Origin: an uncultured delta proteobacterium
GTDB taxonomy: Bacteria; Myxococcota_A; Polyangia; Haliangiales; Haliangiaceae
Direction: 5' to 3'
Assembly: GCA_963848295.1 (NCBI GenBank)
Contig: CAWKDB010000011.1
Location: forward strand, 608,001 to 672,000
DNA: 64,000 nucleotides
Numbering within the stretch: position 1 is the first letter of the stretch; the number at the start of each line of letters is the position of its first letter. A program made the translations under genes and the position numbers. The notes under the pieces were generated by a model. That model saw nothing but the letters and a program-made list of their open reading frames with translations, was not told the DNA's origin and did not search any database. Positions 11,003 to 20,178 of the stretch are shown piece by piece.

Positions 11003-13014
11003 TGGTAGATCTACTTTCCCTCGTTATGAGTTTCCGTACGACCCCCGTGGAAACCGTGCTTGCGGATTTCCCGCACACGGCTTGCGGGAGGGCTCTCGTG
11101 CGAGCGGTACTGGGTAGCCTCCGGATATTGGACGGTGCCGCGCAGGCGATGGAGTCCGAAGCTTTCGAAGTACTCGCGCGTCCATGTCGATGCGACGCGT
11201 CCATCGAGTTGGCGACCCGCGCGCTTCACGCGCAGGCTGCGTAATCGATCGCGCACGTAGCTGTCGATCTGGTTGAAGCTTCTCGCGGCGTTCCCGGTGC
11301 CGAAGTACACACCCCATCCTCGAAGGATCGGGTTGAGGTCGGCGATCACCTCGCGGAGATCCGCGTGGCACCGTCCTCGTTGTGTCTTGTCTCGCACCTT
11401 CTGTCGGATCCGCTTCATCGCGCGTTGCGACGGCTGGCGATGCAGGAAGTACTTTCGCTTTCCTTCTCGCTCCAGAATCGCACCGCTCAGACGTTTGCGG
11501 AAATGACAGCCGAGGAAGTCGAAGCCCTGCTTTCCATCGTAGAGCTCCACTCGCCTCGTCTTGTCGGGATGCAGCTCGAGACCGAGACGATGAAGATATT
11601 TCCTCACGTCGCGTTCGGCGTCTTCGCATTGTTGCTTCGTCTTGCACACCACGACGAGATCGTCGGCGTAGCGCACCAATGTTCCCAGCGGAGCACTGTG
11701 ACGAGTCCACAACAGGTCGAGGACGTGCAGGTAGATGTTCGACAAGAGTGGTGAGATCACCCCTCCTTGCGGAACCCCGGTCGTCGTCGACCGGAGCTCG
11801 CCGTCTTCCATCACGCCTGCTTCGAGCCACTGCCTGATCAGCTTCAGCACCCGTCTGTCCGAGACGCGTCGTTCGACGAGCTTCATCAGCTTGTCGTGAT
11901 CGATGCTTCCGAAGTAGTCGCGAATATCGGCGTCGAGCACGTGATGGTGCTGGTATCCGAGCTTGCGCACGGCCTCCAACGCCATCAGCTGGCTTCGCTT
12001 CGGCCGGTAACCGTACGAGGACGGCAGAAAATCCGCCTCGAAGATTGGCTCCAGCACGAGCTTCGCCGCCATTTGCACCACTCGATCTCGGACCGTCGGT
12101 ATGCCCAGCGGTCGCTGCTTTCCATCTGCCTTCGGAATGTACCGGCGCAAGGTCGCGCTCGGCCGGTACTCACCTGCACGCAACACGTTGCCGAGCTCTT
12201 CGGTGAAGCGCTCGACGCCGTACTGCTCCACCTCCGCGATCGTCTGGGCGTCGAGCCCAGCCGATCCACGGTTCTTCTTCACTCGCTTCCATGCTTCGCG
12301 AAGGACGTCACTCCTCCACATGCGATCGTACAGCGCATGGAATCGTCGCTCCGGTGACTGCTTGGCCGCTGCACCCAGTCGCCTCTGAAGTTGTCGCACG
12401 TTGTCGAACGGCCCACGCCGCTCGGGGTGGTTGGAACCGGTCGTGCCGGTCATGCCCTTACGCTTACCTTCGTCGACGACACACCCTCTCTCGTGGCCCT
12501 TCCCTCCGACGGCGTTTTGCGGCGCCGTCCTCGTCGGTACTATGACCCCGTCGGACTTCCGCTGCGCGATGATGCCCTTGGCACTCGGCCTGTTGGCGTC
12601 ACCCTGCCACGACGATGGCTGCGCAGACGGATCTCTCGTGTTCCGTGATGATCCTTGTACGCGCGCTGCTCCCCGTACCCCGCTGGGGTCGACGTCGTGC
12701 TCCAGAGCTCTCGTCGTCGATGTTGCCTTGCCCGTGACATGAGCGGCTCGGCCCCCAGATTGTTTCTCTTTCGAGGCTGCAGACTTCACTTGATGTTGCG
12801 GCTCGCGTACTCGCTCCTCGCTGATCAGCTCGCGCTGACTCGCTCGCTTTCGATGCCCGGCTTCAGCCGTCGGAATCTCTTCCTCTGCTGCGGGCCTGCT
12901 ACTCGGCGCTCTGGCGCTTTCCGAGACGGGACTTTCACCCGCTAGATCATCACAGCGTGACGGCAGTTTCCCGCCGGGATCCCCGGCGAGGCTTCTGTCG
13001 TCGTCACGACGCAC
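11000..13014 (-). mobile_element. Group II intron inserted at the start codon of the histone gene
   Basis: 5' GTGCG at 13014; domain V AAGCCGTGTGCGGGAAATCCGCAAGCACGGTTT (11083-11051, AGC triad); domain VI ending GATCT-A-CCAAT(G); internal RT ORF; lower GC than the flanks. The 3' boundary is 11000 or 11001. Confidence 0.92.
11011..12453 (-). CDS. ltrA: Group II intron reverse transcriptase/maturase, no HNH endonuclease domain
   Basis: AW.RVK.NRGSAGLD; IPKADGKQRPLGIPTVRDRVVQ; SYGYRP; DADIRDYF; GVPQGGVISPLLSNIYL; RYADD; FDFLG; domain X LNPILRGW..YF. The frame stays open upstream to 13017. Confidence 0.95.
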   Translation of the reverse strand: MTGTTGSNHPERRGPFDNVRQLQRRLGAAAKQSPERRFHALYDRMWRSDVLREAWKRVKKNRGSAGLDAQTIAEVEQYGVERFTEELGNVLRAGEYRPSATLRRYIPKADGKQRPLGIPTVRDRVVQMAAKLVLEPIFEADFLPSSYGYRPKRSQLMALEAVRKLGYQHHHVLDADIRDYFGSIDHDKLMKLVERRVSDRRVLKLIRQWLEAGVMEDGELRSTTTGVPQGGVISPLLSNIYLHVLDLLWTRHSAPLGTLVRYADDLVVVCKTKQQCEDAERDVRKYLHRLGLELHPDKTRRVELYDGKQGFDFLGCHFRKRLSGAILEREGKRKYFLHRQPSQRAMKRIRQKVRDKTQRGRCHADLREVIADLNPILRGWGVYFGTGNAARSFNQIDSYVRDRLRSLRVKRAGRQLDGRVASTWTREYFESFGLHRLRGTVQYPEATQYRSHESPPASRVREIRKHGFHGGRTETHNEGK

Positions 13015-13027
13015 CATGACGCGCAGC

Positions 13028-13699
13028 CTACCGCGGCCGAGCCCTCGCCGTCGCGAGCCAGTGACCGGCGTGGGTCTGCCAGCCGGCTTCGATCACGACC
13101 GGGAGGCGCACCGGATCGACCGCGACCGCGGCGCACGTGCCGTCGGCCTCGAGGGTGACCTCGACCTCGGTGAACCCCACGTAGCGCCTCACGATCGGGT
13201 CGATCGCCTTGTAGATCGCCTCCTTGATCGCGAAGCGGAGCATGACCTGCGAGCCGTCGATCGGTTGCCCGTCGCCACGGGCGCGCTCGCGTTCGGTCAG
13301 GATCCGCCGCGCGATGTCGACTCGCGACGGCTCGGTGCGCTCGAGATCGATGCCGACGAAGCCGGCGCTCGCCGCTGCGACGATCGCGACCGCGCGGGTG
13401 GCGCCAATTGCCTCACCGCGAGGATGCTTGTGGCTGATCGAGCCGACCCAACCCGCCGGCAGCACCGGCGCGCCGCGGTCGTCGCTCGTCACAGGATGAT
13501 CGGCGAACGCAGGGGCGTGCTCGACCAGCAGCGCGCGCAACGCGGTGCGCCCGGCGATCCATTCGGTGCGGCGCGCGGGCGCGATCGCTGCGGCGAGCGC
13601 TTGTTCGATCGGCGGCAACGCGGCGAGCACGCGATCCACATCGCCGGCGACGAGCTCGATCGCTTCGCACGTCCCGAACCGCGTGATCAGCCGAGTCAC
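13028..13699 (-). CDS. 4'-phosphopantetheinyl transferase (EntD/Sfp-like)
   Basis: RR.EWIAGR.A; GAPVLP.GWVGSISHK; VGIDLE; FAIKEAIYKA. Confidence 0.9.
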   Translation of the reverse strand: MTRLITRFGTCEAIELVAGDVDRVLAALPPIEQALAAAIAPARRTEWIAGRTALRALLVEHAPAFADHPVTSDDRGAPVLPAGWVGSISHKHPRGEAIGATRAVAIVAAASAGFVGIDLERTEPSRVDIARRILTERERARGDGQPIDGSQVMLRFAIKEAIYKAIDPIVRRYVGFTEVEVTLEADGTCAAVAVDPVRLPVVIEAGWQTHAGHWLATARARPR

Positions 13700-14917
13700 T
13701 TACTTCGTCGGCGCGACCGTCGCGGTTGGATTCGGCCGCGTGATCATCAGGTGATTGTGACGCGCGTTGTCGGGATAGCCGAACCGGAACGGCAGGTCGC
13801 GATGCGGCTGGTCCTTCCACAGCTTGATGAACTGAGCGCGCACGTTCTTGTCGTCGATCACGAAGTAAGGCCCGGTGAAGTCGCCGTACGTGATCTGCTC
13901 GTAACCCGCCGGGCCGGCGTAGCTCGGCGGCAAGCCCGACGCGTCGGAGATCATCCACGCGGTGTGCTCGAGCAGATAGTCGCGGATCTGCGAGAAGTCG
14001 TCGTACCAGAGCAGGAAGCTCGCGGCCTTCGTCATCACCGCGACCTTGCCCTTGAGCCGGAGGTGACGCAGCACGCGGTCGTCCTTGGTCATGTGCGGAT
14101 CGTCGAGGTTCGCGACGATGTGGCGATACGTGCGGAGCGGCGCGGTCGCGTCGCCGCGCGGCCGGTACTGGATCTCGACGTTGCCGAACGCCGAGTCTTG
14201 CTCGTACCAGTAGTGGGTGTAGGTCTTCGGCGGTTGCTTCTTCGCCGCCGCCAGCTCGGCCGCGCGTTGGTCGAGCTCGTCGTTCGTCAGGTAGCGCAGC
14301 TGGCCGTCGGGCTCGATGTCGAAGTAGCGCAGGGACACCGGCTCCATGCCGTGGACCGCGAGGCCGGCGAGCGCGAACATCAACGTGCCGGGCACGGTCG
14401 AGTGCGACGCGTGTTGCAAGCTCTTCGTCGTCGAGTGCGCGGCGGCGTACAGCCGGCGGATGTCGTACGTGATGTCGTCGAGATCGCTGTACAGCTTGGC
14501 CTTGCCGATCGTGTCGATGACCCGGACGTCGCCGGCGGCTTCGAGCGAGATCGTCGTCAGCTCGGTCGCGTCCGGATAGACGACGAGCGCCGAGACCAGA
14601 TCGCCGCCGCCGAACGGATAGACGACGGTGGTCGTGAGATCGCGTGGCCTGAGCTCCGCGATGAACGCCTTGGCCTGATCGGCCCACGCCTTCTTGTACG
14701 CCGCGTAGACCGCGGTGATCTCTCTGCAATGCGCGTCGATCGCCTTGGCCGAGAACTGCGGCGGGATCGGGTCGTCGCTGCCGCACGCGCCGACGCGAAA
14801 CAGCGCGCGCACTTGGGGTCCGAAGTCCGTGCCGCCTTTGGCATCCGACTTCGAGTCGGCGCTTGCCGGGGCGGCGCATAGGGCGAGGACGGCGGCGGCG
14901 ACGGCGAAGCTACGCAT
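13700..14917 (-). CDS. Secreted hypothetical protein
   Basis: Sec signal peptide, strong coding bias; VVYPFGGGD, KAASFLLW and LPFRFGYPD motifs; function not recognised. Confidence 0.75.
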   Translation of the reverse strand: MRSFAVAAAVLALCAAPASADSKSDAKGGTDFGPQVRALFRVGACGSDDPIPPQFSAKAIDAHCREITAVYAAYKKAWADQAKAFIAELRPRDLTTTVVYPFGGGDLVSALVVYPDATELTTISLEAAGDVRVIDTIGKAKLYSDLDDITYDIRRLYAAAHSTTKSLQHASHSTVPGTLMFALAGLAVHGMEPVSLRYFDIEPDGQLRYLTNDELDQRAAELAAAKKQPPKTYTHYWYEQDSAFGNVEIQYRPRGDATAPLRTYRHIVANLDDPHMTKDDRVLRHLRLKGKVAVMTKAASFLLWYDDFSQIRDYLLEHTAWMISDASGLPPSYAGPAGYEQITYGDFTGPYFVIDDKNVRAQFIKLWKDQPHRDLPFRFGYPDNARHNHLMITRPNPTATVAPTK

Positions 14918-14938
14918 CGCCGGGGGTATCGCACGACT

Positions 14939-16279
14939 TCACGCGGACTGCACGTGCGCACCGAGGGTCGCCAGGGCGGCGGCGAACCCGGGGTAAGAAG
15001 TCGCGACGTTATCGGCGTCGTCGACGACGGTGCCGCCGGTCGCGCACAGTCCGGCGACCGCGGCGGCCATCGCGATCCGGTGATCGCCATCGGCGTAAAC
15101 TCGACCGGGCGTGAACGGCGCGTCCGGCTGGCCCTCGACCGCGAAGCCGTCGGCACGGGCCTCGGCGGTGATCCCGAACGCGCGCAGCATCGCGACGGTC
15201 GTCGCGATCCGATCGGATTCCTTGACCTTGAGCTCGCCGGCGTCGCGCACGATCGTCGTGCCGCGAGCCCGCGCGGCGAGCACGCCGAGGATCGGTAGCT
15301 CGTCGATCGACCGCACCGCGAGATCGCCGCCGATCTCGGTCGCGCGCAGACCGCCCGCCGGGCCGCGCACGACGAGCGTCGCGGTCGGCTCCGGGCCATC
15401 CGTGCGCCGATCGTCGAGCGCGACGTCGCCGCCCATCGCCGCGATCGCATCGAGAAAGCCGGTGCGGGTCGGGTTCGTGCAGACGTTCGGCAGCCGGACC
15501 TCGGTCGCGCCGACGACGAGCGCGGCCGCCACGAGGAACGCGGCCGACGACGGGTCGCCCGGTACTTCGAACCCGGTGCCGGCGAGCCGGCGATCCCAAC
15601 CGCGGGTGTCGATCGCGACGCTGCGGCCTCCCGCGACGGACGAGAGCGGGGCGCCGAGATACGACAGCATCCGTTCGGAGTGATCGCGGCTCGGCCCGGG
15701 CTCGGTGATCCGCGTCGCGCCATCGGCGTAGAGGCCGGCGAGCAGGATCGCGGTCTTGACCTGCGCCGACGCCATCGGCAGCGCGTAGTCGATCGCGGTG
15801 AGCGCCCGGGTCGCCGGGCCGACGACGAGCGGCGGCGTGACGTCGGCACCGTCGCCGCGCCCCGTGATCGTCGCGGCCATCCGCGCGAGCGGCTCGAGCA
15901 CGCGGCGCATCGGGCGCTTCGAGAGCGATTCGTCGCCGACCAGCGTCGTCTGGAACCGTTGCCCGGCGAGCAGCCCGCACATCAAGCGGATCGTTGTGCC
16001 GGAGTTGCCGCAGTCGATCGCGGCGGTCGGCGCGCGCATGCCGTCGAGCCCGGTGCCGGTGATCACGAGCGCCCCGCGATCGCGCTCGATCCGCGCGCCG
16101 AGCATCGCGATCGCCTTCGCCGACCGGCCGTTATCGGCGCCGTCGCCGAGCCCGAGCACGCGCACCGGTGTCGCCGACAGGAGCGAGAACAGCAGCGCGC
16201 GATGGCCGATCGACTTGTCGCCGGGCACGGTGACACTGCCGCCGAGCGGCGCGCTGGCCGGCGTCACCACGAGCTTCAC
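14939..16279 (-). CDS. aroA: 3-phosphoshikimate 1-carboxyvinyltransferase
   Basis: PGDKSIGHR; DCGNSGTTIRL; SAQVKTA; RDHSE; ELKVKESDRI; DHRIAM. Confidence 0.97.
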   Translation of the reverse strand: MKLVVTPASAPLGGSVTVPGDKSIGHRALLFSLLSATPVRVLGLGDGADNGRSAKAIAMLGARIERDRGALVITGTGLDGMRAPTAAIDCGNSGTTIRLMCGLLAGQRFQTTLVGDESLSKRPMRRVLEPLARMAATITGRGDGADVTPPLVVGPATRALTAIDYALPMASAQVKTAILLAGLYADGATRITEPGPSRDHSERMLSYLGAPLSSVAGGRSVAIDTRGWDRRLAGTGFEVPGDPSSAAFLVAAALVVGATEVRLPNVCTNPTRTGFLDAIAAMGGDVALDDRRTDGPEPTATLVVRGPAGGLRATEIGGDLAVRSIDELPILGVLAARARGTTIVRDAGELKVKESDRIATTVAMLRAFGITAEARADGFAVEGQPDAPFTPGRVYADGDHRIAMAAAVAGLCATGGTVVDDADNVATSYPGFAAALATLGAHVQSA

Positions 16280-17229
16280 GAGCTCCCTCCGAGCAGGGAC
16301 TTCGCGCGTTCGACGACTCGAGCGAGGCGGCGCGGCCCGACCGCGATGATCGCGCGCACCCATGTGCCGCCGGTGACGATCCGCGCCTCGGACAGGCTCG
16401 TCGGTAGGCCGAGCGAGCGAGCGACTCCGAGGTCGGCCGCGCTCGCCAGCATGGCGCGGATCGTACGAGCGAGCCGCTTCGCGGCGTCCTTCGAGCCGCG
16501 ATCGCCAGGATCGATCGCGTTCGCGTCGACGATCACCGCGAGGTCATCGGCGACATCGCCCCACAGCGACAGCTGCGCGGGCGCCGCGTCGATCCCGAGC
16601 TGACGGGCGAGCGCGATCCGCGCGTCGAACGACAGCCGAGCGGTGACCCGCAACACCGCGCCGGTCGCACCCTCGGGCATCGCGTGCTGGCGCAGCCTCA
16701 TCAGCTCGGCATCGGGCGCGGCGCCGCCGATCTTCGCGCGGGCCTGAACCTGGCCGACCCAGGCGTCGGGGCCGAGCACGACGATCGTCGGCGAGATCCG
16801 CGTCGCGCCGGGCACCTCGTCCTTGGTCGCGACCACGGTGACCGCGGCGGCATTCACGGTGCCGACACCATACGCCGCGATCACGAGCGCGTCGGCGGAC
16901 GCGAGCGGCGTGCCCGCGACTTCGAGCGGCAAGCCCGGCAAGCGCGCATCGAGCGCCGCTTGCGCGAGCGCCGACTTCACGACGTCGCCGACCACCGGGT
17001 TGCTGCGCAGCCGCGCGAGATCGAGCTCGACGACGACCTGCGCGCCGTTGGGGATCACCGCGAGCAGCGCCTCGGCGCCGGTCTTGACGCGCGCGACCGG
17101 GTTGACCGTCACGGTGGGCGGGGCGTGGGTCGCGCCGAGGCACGACGCGATCAGCAACGTCAACGTCAACGTCAAGGTCAACGTCAGCGTTGACGTCGAC
17201 GTTGACTTGAACCTGAACGTCAACGCCAC
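16276..17229 (-). CDS. Hypothetical lipoprotein; N-terminus encoded by a hexamer repeat; start uncertain
   Basis: TLTLTLTLTL-LIASC lipobox-like segment; coding-like body; stop overlaps the aroA start. Confidence 0.65.
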   Translation of the reverse strand: MALTFRFKSTSTSTLTLTLTLTLTLLIASCLGATHAPPTVTVNPVARVKTGAEALLAVIPNGAQVVVELDLARLRSNPVVGDVVKSALAQAALDARLPGLPLEVAGTPLASADALVIAAYGVGTVNAAAVTVVATKDEVPGATRISPTIVVLGPDAWVGQVQARAKIGGAAPDAELMRLRQHAMPEGATGAVLRVTARLSFDARIALARQLGIDAAPAQLSLWGDVADDLAVIVDANAIDPGDRGSKDAAKRLARTIRAMLASAADLGVARSLGLPTSLSEARIVTGGTWVRAIIAVGPRRLARVVERAKSLLGGSS

Positions 17230-17345
17230 CGTGAACCTTGACGTGCACGTGTCACGTGTACGTGTACGTTCGGGGAAGTCACGTCGATGTCGACGGTAGA
17301 GTTCACGTTCAAGTTCACCGTTCAGGTCAACGTCAACGTCAACGT
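17155..17345. repeat. Low-GC hexamer repeat element (GTCAAC/GTTGAC/GTTCAN)n with conserved core
   Basis: About 30 period-6 units in both orientations; core 17241-17268 shared with 3892-3919. Confidence 0.85.
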
Positions 17346-18454
17346 AGGACGTCGTTCAACGCCGCGATGACGCGCGGCAGATCGTGATGCGACGCCGCCG
17401 ACACCCGCAGATGATTCGGCAGCCCCCACGCCGCCATCGGCCTCACGATCACGCCGAGCTTCAACAGCTGATCGTAGAGTGGCGTCGAAGGCCGACCGCA
17501 ATCGATCAGGACGAAGTTCGCGAGCGACGGCAGCACCCGGATCCCCGGCCCGACGATCTCCGCGCGCATCCTCTCGACCGCCGCGCGCGCATGGCGAGCG
17601 CTGATCGCGACATGGTCGACATCGTCGAGCGCGGCTTGCGCGCCGACGAGCGCGGTGCTCGCGACGTGAAACGTCCGGCCGACCCGACCGAGCAGATCGA
17701 TCACCGCAGCGTCGGCGACCGCGAAGCCGACGCGCAGGCCGGCGAGCCCGTAGATCTTCGAGAACGTGCGCAGCACGATGACGCGGCGATCCTTGGCGCG
17801 GAGCGCGAGTCCGTCGACGTGGTCGACCTCGGGCCACTCCGCCGCATATTCGGCGTACGCCTCGTCGATCACGAGCAGCGCGCGCTCCGGCAGGGCCGCG
17901 AGCAGCTGGTCGGCCGCCGCGCGGGTGACGACCGTGCCGGTGGGATTGTTCGGCGAGCCGATCACGACGAGCTTCGTGCGCGGCGAGATCGCGTCGATCA
18001 ACGCGCGCATGTCGCAGCCGAGCGCGGCGGTCGTCGGGGCCGCGACGAACTTGCGACCGGCGACCTGGGCGGCGAGCCGGTAGCTGAGGAAGGCACAGGC
18101 GTGCGACAGCACTTCGTCGCTCGGTTCGCAGGTCGCGAGCACGAGCTGGTACAGCAGGTCGTTCGAGCCGTTGCCGAGCGCGAGCTGGTCGATCGCGACG
18201 CGGTACTTGCCGGCGAGCGCGCGCCGCAGCGCGAAGCCACCGGCGTCTGGATAAAGGTGGAGCATGCCTAGCACCCCCGGGAGAGCCGCGACCGCCCGCG
18301 GCGACGGCCCGAGCGGGTTCTCGTTCGAGGCGACCTTGATGGCGCCGGTGATCCCGAGCTCGCGCTCCAGCTCCTCGATCGGCTTTCCCGGCTGATAGAC
18401 GTCGAGGGCGCGGACGTACGGCGGGGCAAAAGCGCTGATCCAGGTGTCGGGCAC
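17339..18454 (-). CDS. hisC: Histidinol-phosphate aminotransferase
   Basis: YQPGKPIEEL; KVASNENPLGPSP; GNGSND; SPNNPTG; IDEAYAEY; RTFSKIYGLAGLRVG. Confidence 0.95.
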   Translation of the reverse strand: MPDTWISAFAPPYVRALDVYQPGKPIEELERELGITGAIKVASNENPLGPSPRAVAALPGVLGMLHLYPDAGGFALRRALAGKYRVAIDQLALGNGSNDLLYQLVLATCEPSDEVLSHACAFLSYRLAAQVAGRKFVAAPTTAALGCDMRALIDAISPRTKLVVIGSPNNPTGTVVTRAAADQLLAALPERALLVIDEAYAEYAAEWPEVDHVDGLALRAKDRRVIVLRTFSKIYGLAGLRVGFAVADAAVIDLLGRVGRTFHVASTALVGAQAALDDVDHVAISARHARAAVERMRAEIVGPGIRVLPSLANFVLIDCGRPSTPLYDQLLKLGVIVRPMAAWGLPNHLRVSAASHHDLPRVIAALNDVLR

Positions 18455-18526
18455 GGCCCGGGGACCCTACACCGACGATTCGCCGCTTGGAATGCCCGTT
18501 CTCGCCGGTCCGGTTATAGTGGCCTG

Positions 18527-19873
18527 GTGGTACTCAAGCGTCGCCCCTGGCCGTGGCTCGTCGCGCTCGCGGTCGTCATGATTCCGGCGATCGCGTCGGC
18601 TGCAACGAACTGCAACAACGACTTCGACGAAGCACGCGCTCGCGGCTGGCTGTGGATGTACCTAGCGGCGTTCGGCTTCGGGTTCCAGACCTCGCTCACC
18701 CCGTGCGTCTACCCGATGATTCCGATCACGCTCGGCATCTTCGGCGCGCGTGGCAAGGACGTCCCGCGCCGGCGCGCGATCGCGCTCGCGACCTCCTACG
18801 TCGTGGGCATGGGCATCACCTACGCCGCGTTCGGCGTGATCGTCGCGATGTTCGGCGGCCAGTTCGGCACCCAGCTCGCGAACCCGTACTTCGTCGTGCC
18901 GATCGTGGTGTTGCTGCTCGCGCTCGCCGCTTCGATGTTCGGCGCGTTCGAGCTCAACCTGCCGGCGTCGTGGCAAGCGAAGCTCAGCCAGGTCGGCGGC
19001 CGAGGGTTCAAGGGCGCGTTCGCGATGGGCATGGTCGGCGGGCTCGTCGCCGCACCGTGCACCGGCCCGTTCTTGCTCGGTCTGCTCACCTACGTCGCGA
19101 CGACGCGCAGCGTGGTCGTCGGCGGCTCGTTGTTGTTCATCTACGCGCTCGGTATGGGCGTGTTGTTCTTCGTGCTCGCCGCGTTCGCGATCTCGCTGCC
19201 GAAGAGCGGCCGGTGGATGGAGTGGGTGAAGTCGGCCGGCGGAATCTTGTTGTTGCTGGCGTCGCTCTACTTCTTGTCGCCGATCGTCTCGGCGCTGCGC
19301 CACGTGCAGAACGCGAGCCTCGTGATGCTGCTCGGCTCGCTCGGGCTCGCGGTGGTCGGGTTCGGGATCGGCGCCGTCCAACTGTCGTTCCACGGCCCGT
19401 TCGCCGAAAAGCTGCGCAAGGGCTTCGGCGTGTTGCTCGTGACCGCGGGCTTGTTCGGCGCGTGGAGCTGGTATCTCGCGCCGAAGCAAGAGCTCGACTG
19501 GCAACACGACGAAGCCAAGGCGTTCGCGCTCGCCGCGAAGGAGCACAAGGGCGTGATGATCGACTTCGGCGCGAGCTGGTGCGGCGCGTGCCACGAGCTC
19601 GAGGGCACGTTCGCCGATGTCGACGTCTACAAGGCGATCACCGAGAACTTCATCCCGCTGCAGTTCGATGTCTCCGAGGACACGGCGCAGGGCGACGACG
19701 AGCGAGCCCGGTTCGATGCGGTCGGCCCGCTCCCCGCCGTGCGCTACGTCACCGCGGACAAGCAGCCGCTCGCCCACGTCGACCAGTATCTCGAGGCCGA
19801 CGCGCTGATGAAGGTGCTCGACACGGCGATCTCCGGGTTGCACGGCGGCACGACGTCCGAGCCTTGCAAGTAG
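18527..19873 (+). CDS. DsbD/CcdA-type thiol:disulfide interchange protein with thioredoxin domain
   Basis: SLTPCVYPMIPI; AAPCTGP; PKSGRWM; DFGASWCGAC. Confidence 0.9.
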   Translation: MVLKRRPWPWLVALAVVMIPAIASAATNCNNDFDEARARGWLWMYLAAFGFGFQTSLTPCVYPMIPITLGIFGARGKDVPRRRAIALATSYVVGMGITYAAFGVIVAMFGGQFGTQLANPYFVVPIVVLLLALAASMFGAFELNLPASWQAKLSQVGGRGFKGAFAMGMVGGLVAAPCTGPFLLGLLTYVATTRSVVVGGSLLFIYALGMGVLFFVLAAFAISLPKSGRWMEWVKSAGGILLLLASLYFLSPIVSALRHVQNASLVMLLGSLGLAVVGFGIGAVQLSFHGPFAEKLRKGFGVLLVTAGLFGAWSWYLAPKQELDWQHDEAKAFALAAKEHKGVMIDFGASWCGACHELEGTFADVDVYKAITENFIPLQFDVSEDTAQGDDERARFDAVGPLPAVRYVTADKQPLAHVDQYLEADALMKVLDTAISGLHGGTTSEPCK

Positions 19874-19902
19874 CGCTCGCGACGATGCTATACAGCCGAG
19901 CT

Positions 19903-20178
19903 GTGCGCGCCTTCCTGATCGGCCTCGTGCTGGCTACGGCGTGCGGCAACGCCGAGGTCGAGCAACTCGAGAAGGTCAAAGGCGAGGTCTGCTCGTGCAA
20001 GGACTCGAAGTGCGCCGAAGCGGCGATGACGGCTCTCCCGAAAGACCAGATCAAGGCCGGCCATCAGGCGCAGCTCATCGCCCGGCAGATGCTCGACTGT
20101 CTGTCGCGGCTGTACGAGGCCGAACGGCCCGCGCCGGCCGACGCCGACGGCGACAGCGACGGCGGCTCCGGGCCGTAA
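19903..20178 (+). CDS. Small Cys-rich lipoprotein
   Basis: LVLATAC lipobox; VCSCKDSKCA motif. Confidence 0.7.
   Translation: MRAFLIGLVLATACGNAEVEQLEKVKGEVCSCKDSKCAEAAMTALPKDQIKAGHQAQLIARQMLDCLSRLYEAERPAPADADGDSDGGSGP

Noticed and set aside
11011..12453. RT as a retron, DGR, CRISPR-associated or Abi/defence RT
   Set aside because: It has domain X plus flanking GUGCG and domains V and VI of a group II intron; no TR/VR pair, msr-msd or cas genes are visible.
17155..17345. CRISPR array
   Set aside because: Period-6 microsatellite-like units with no unique spacers and no cas genes.
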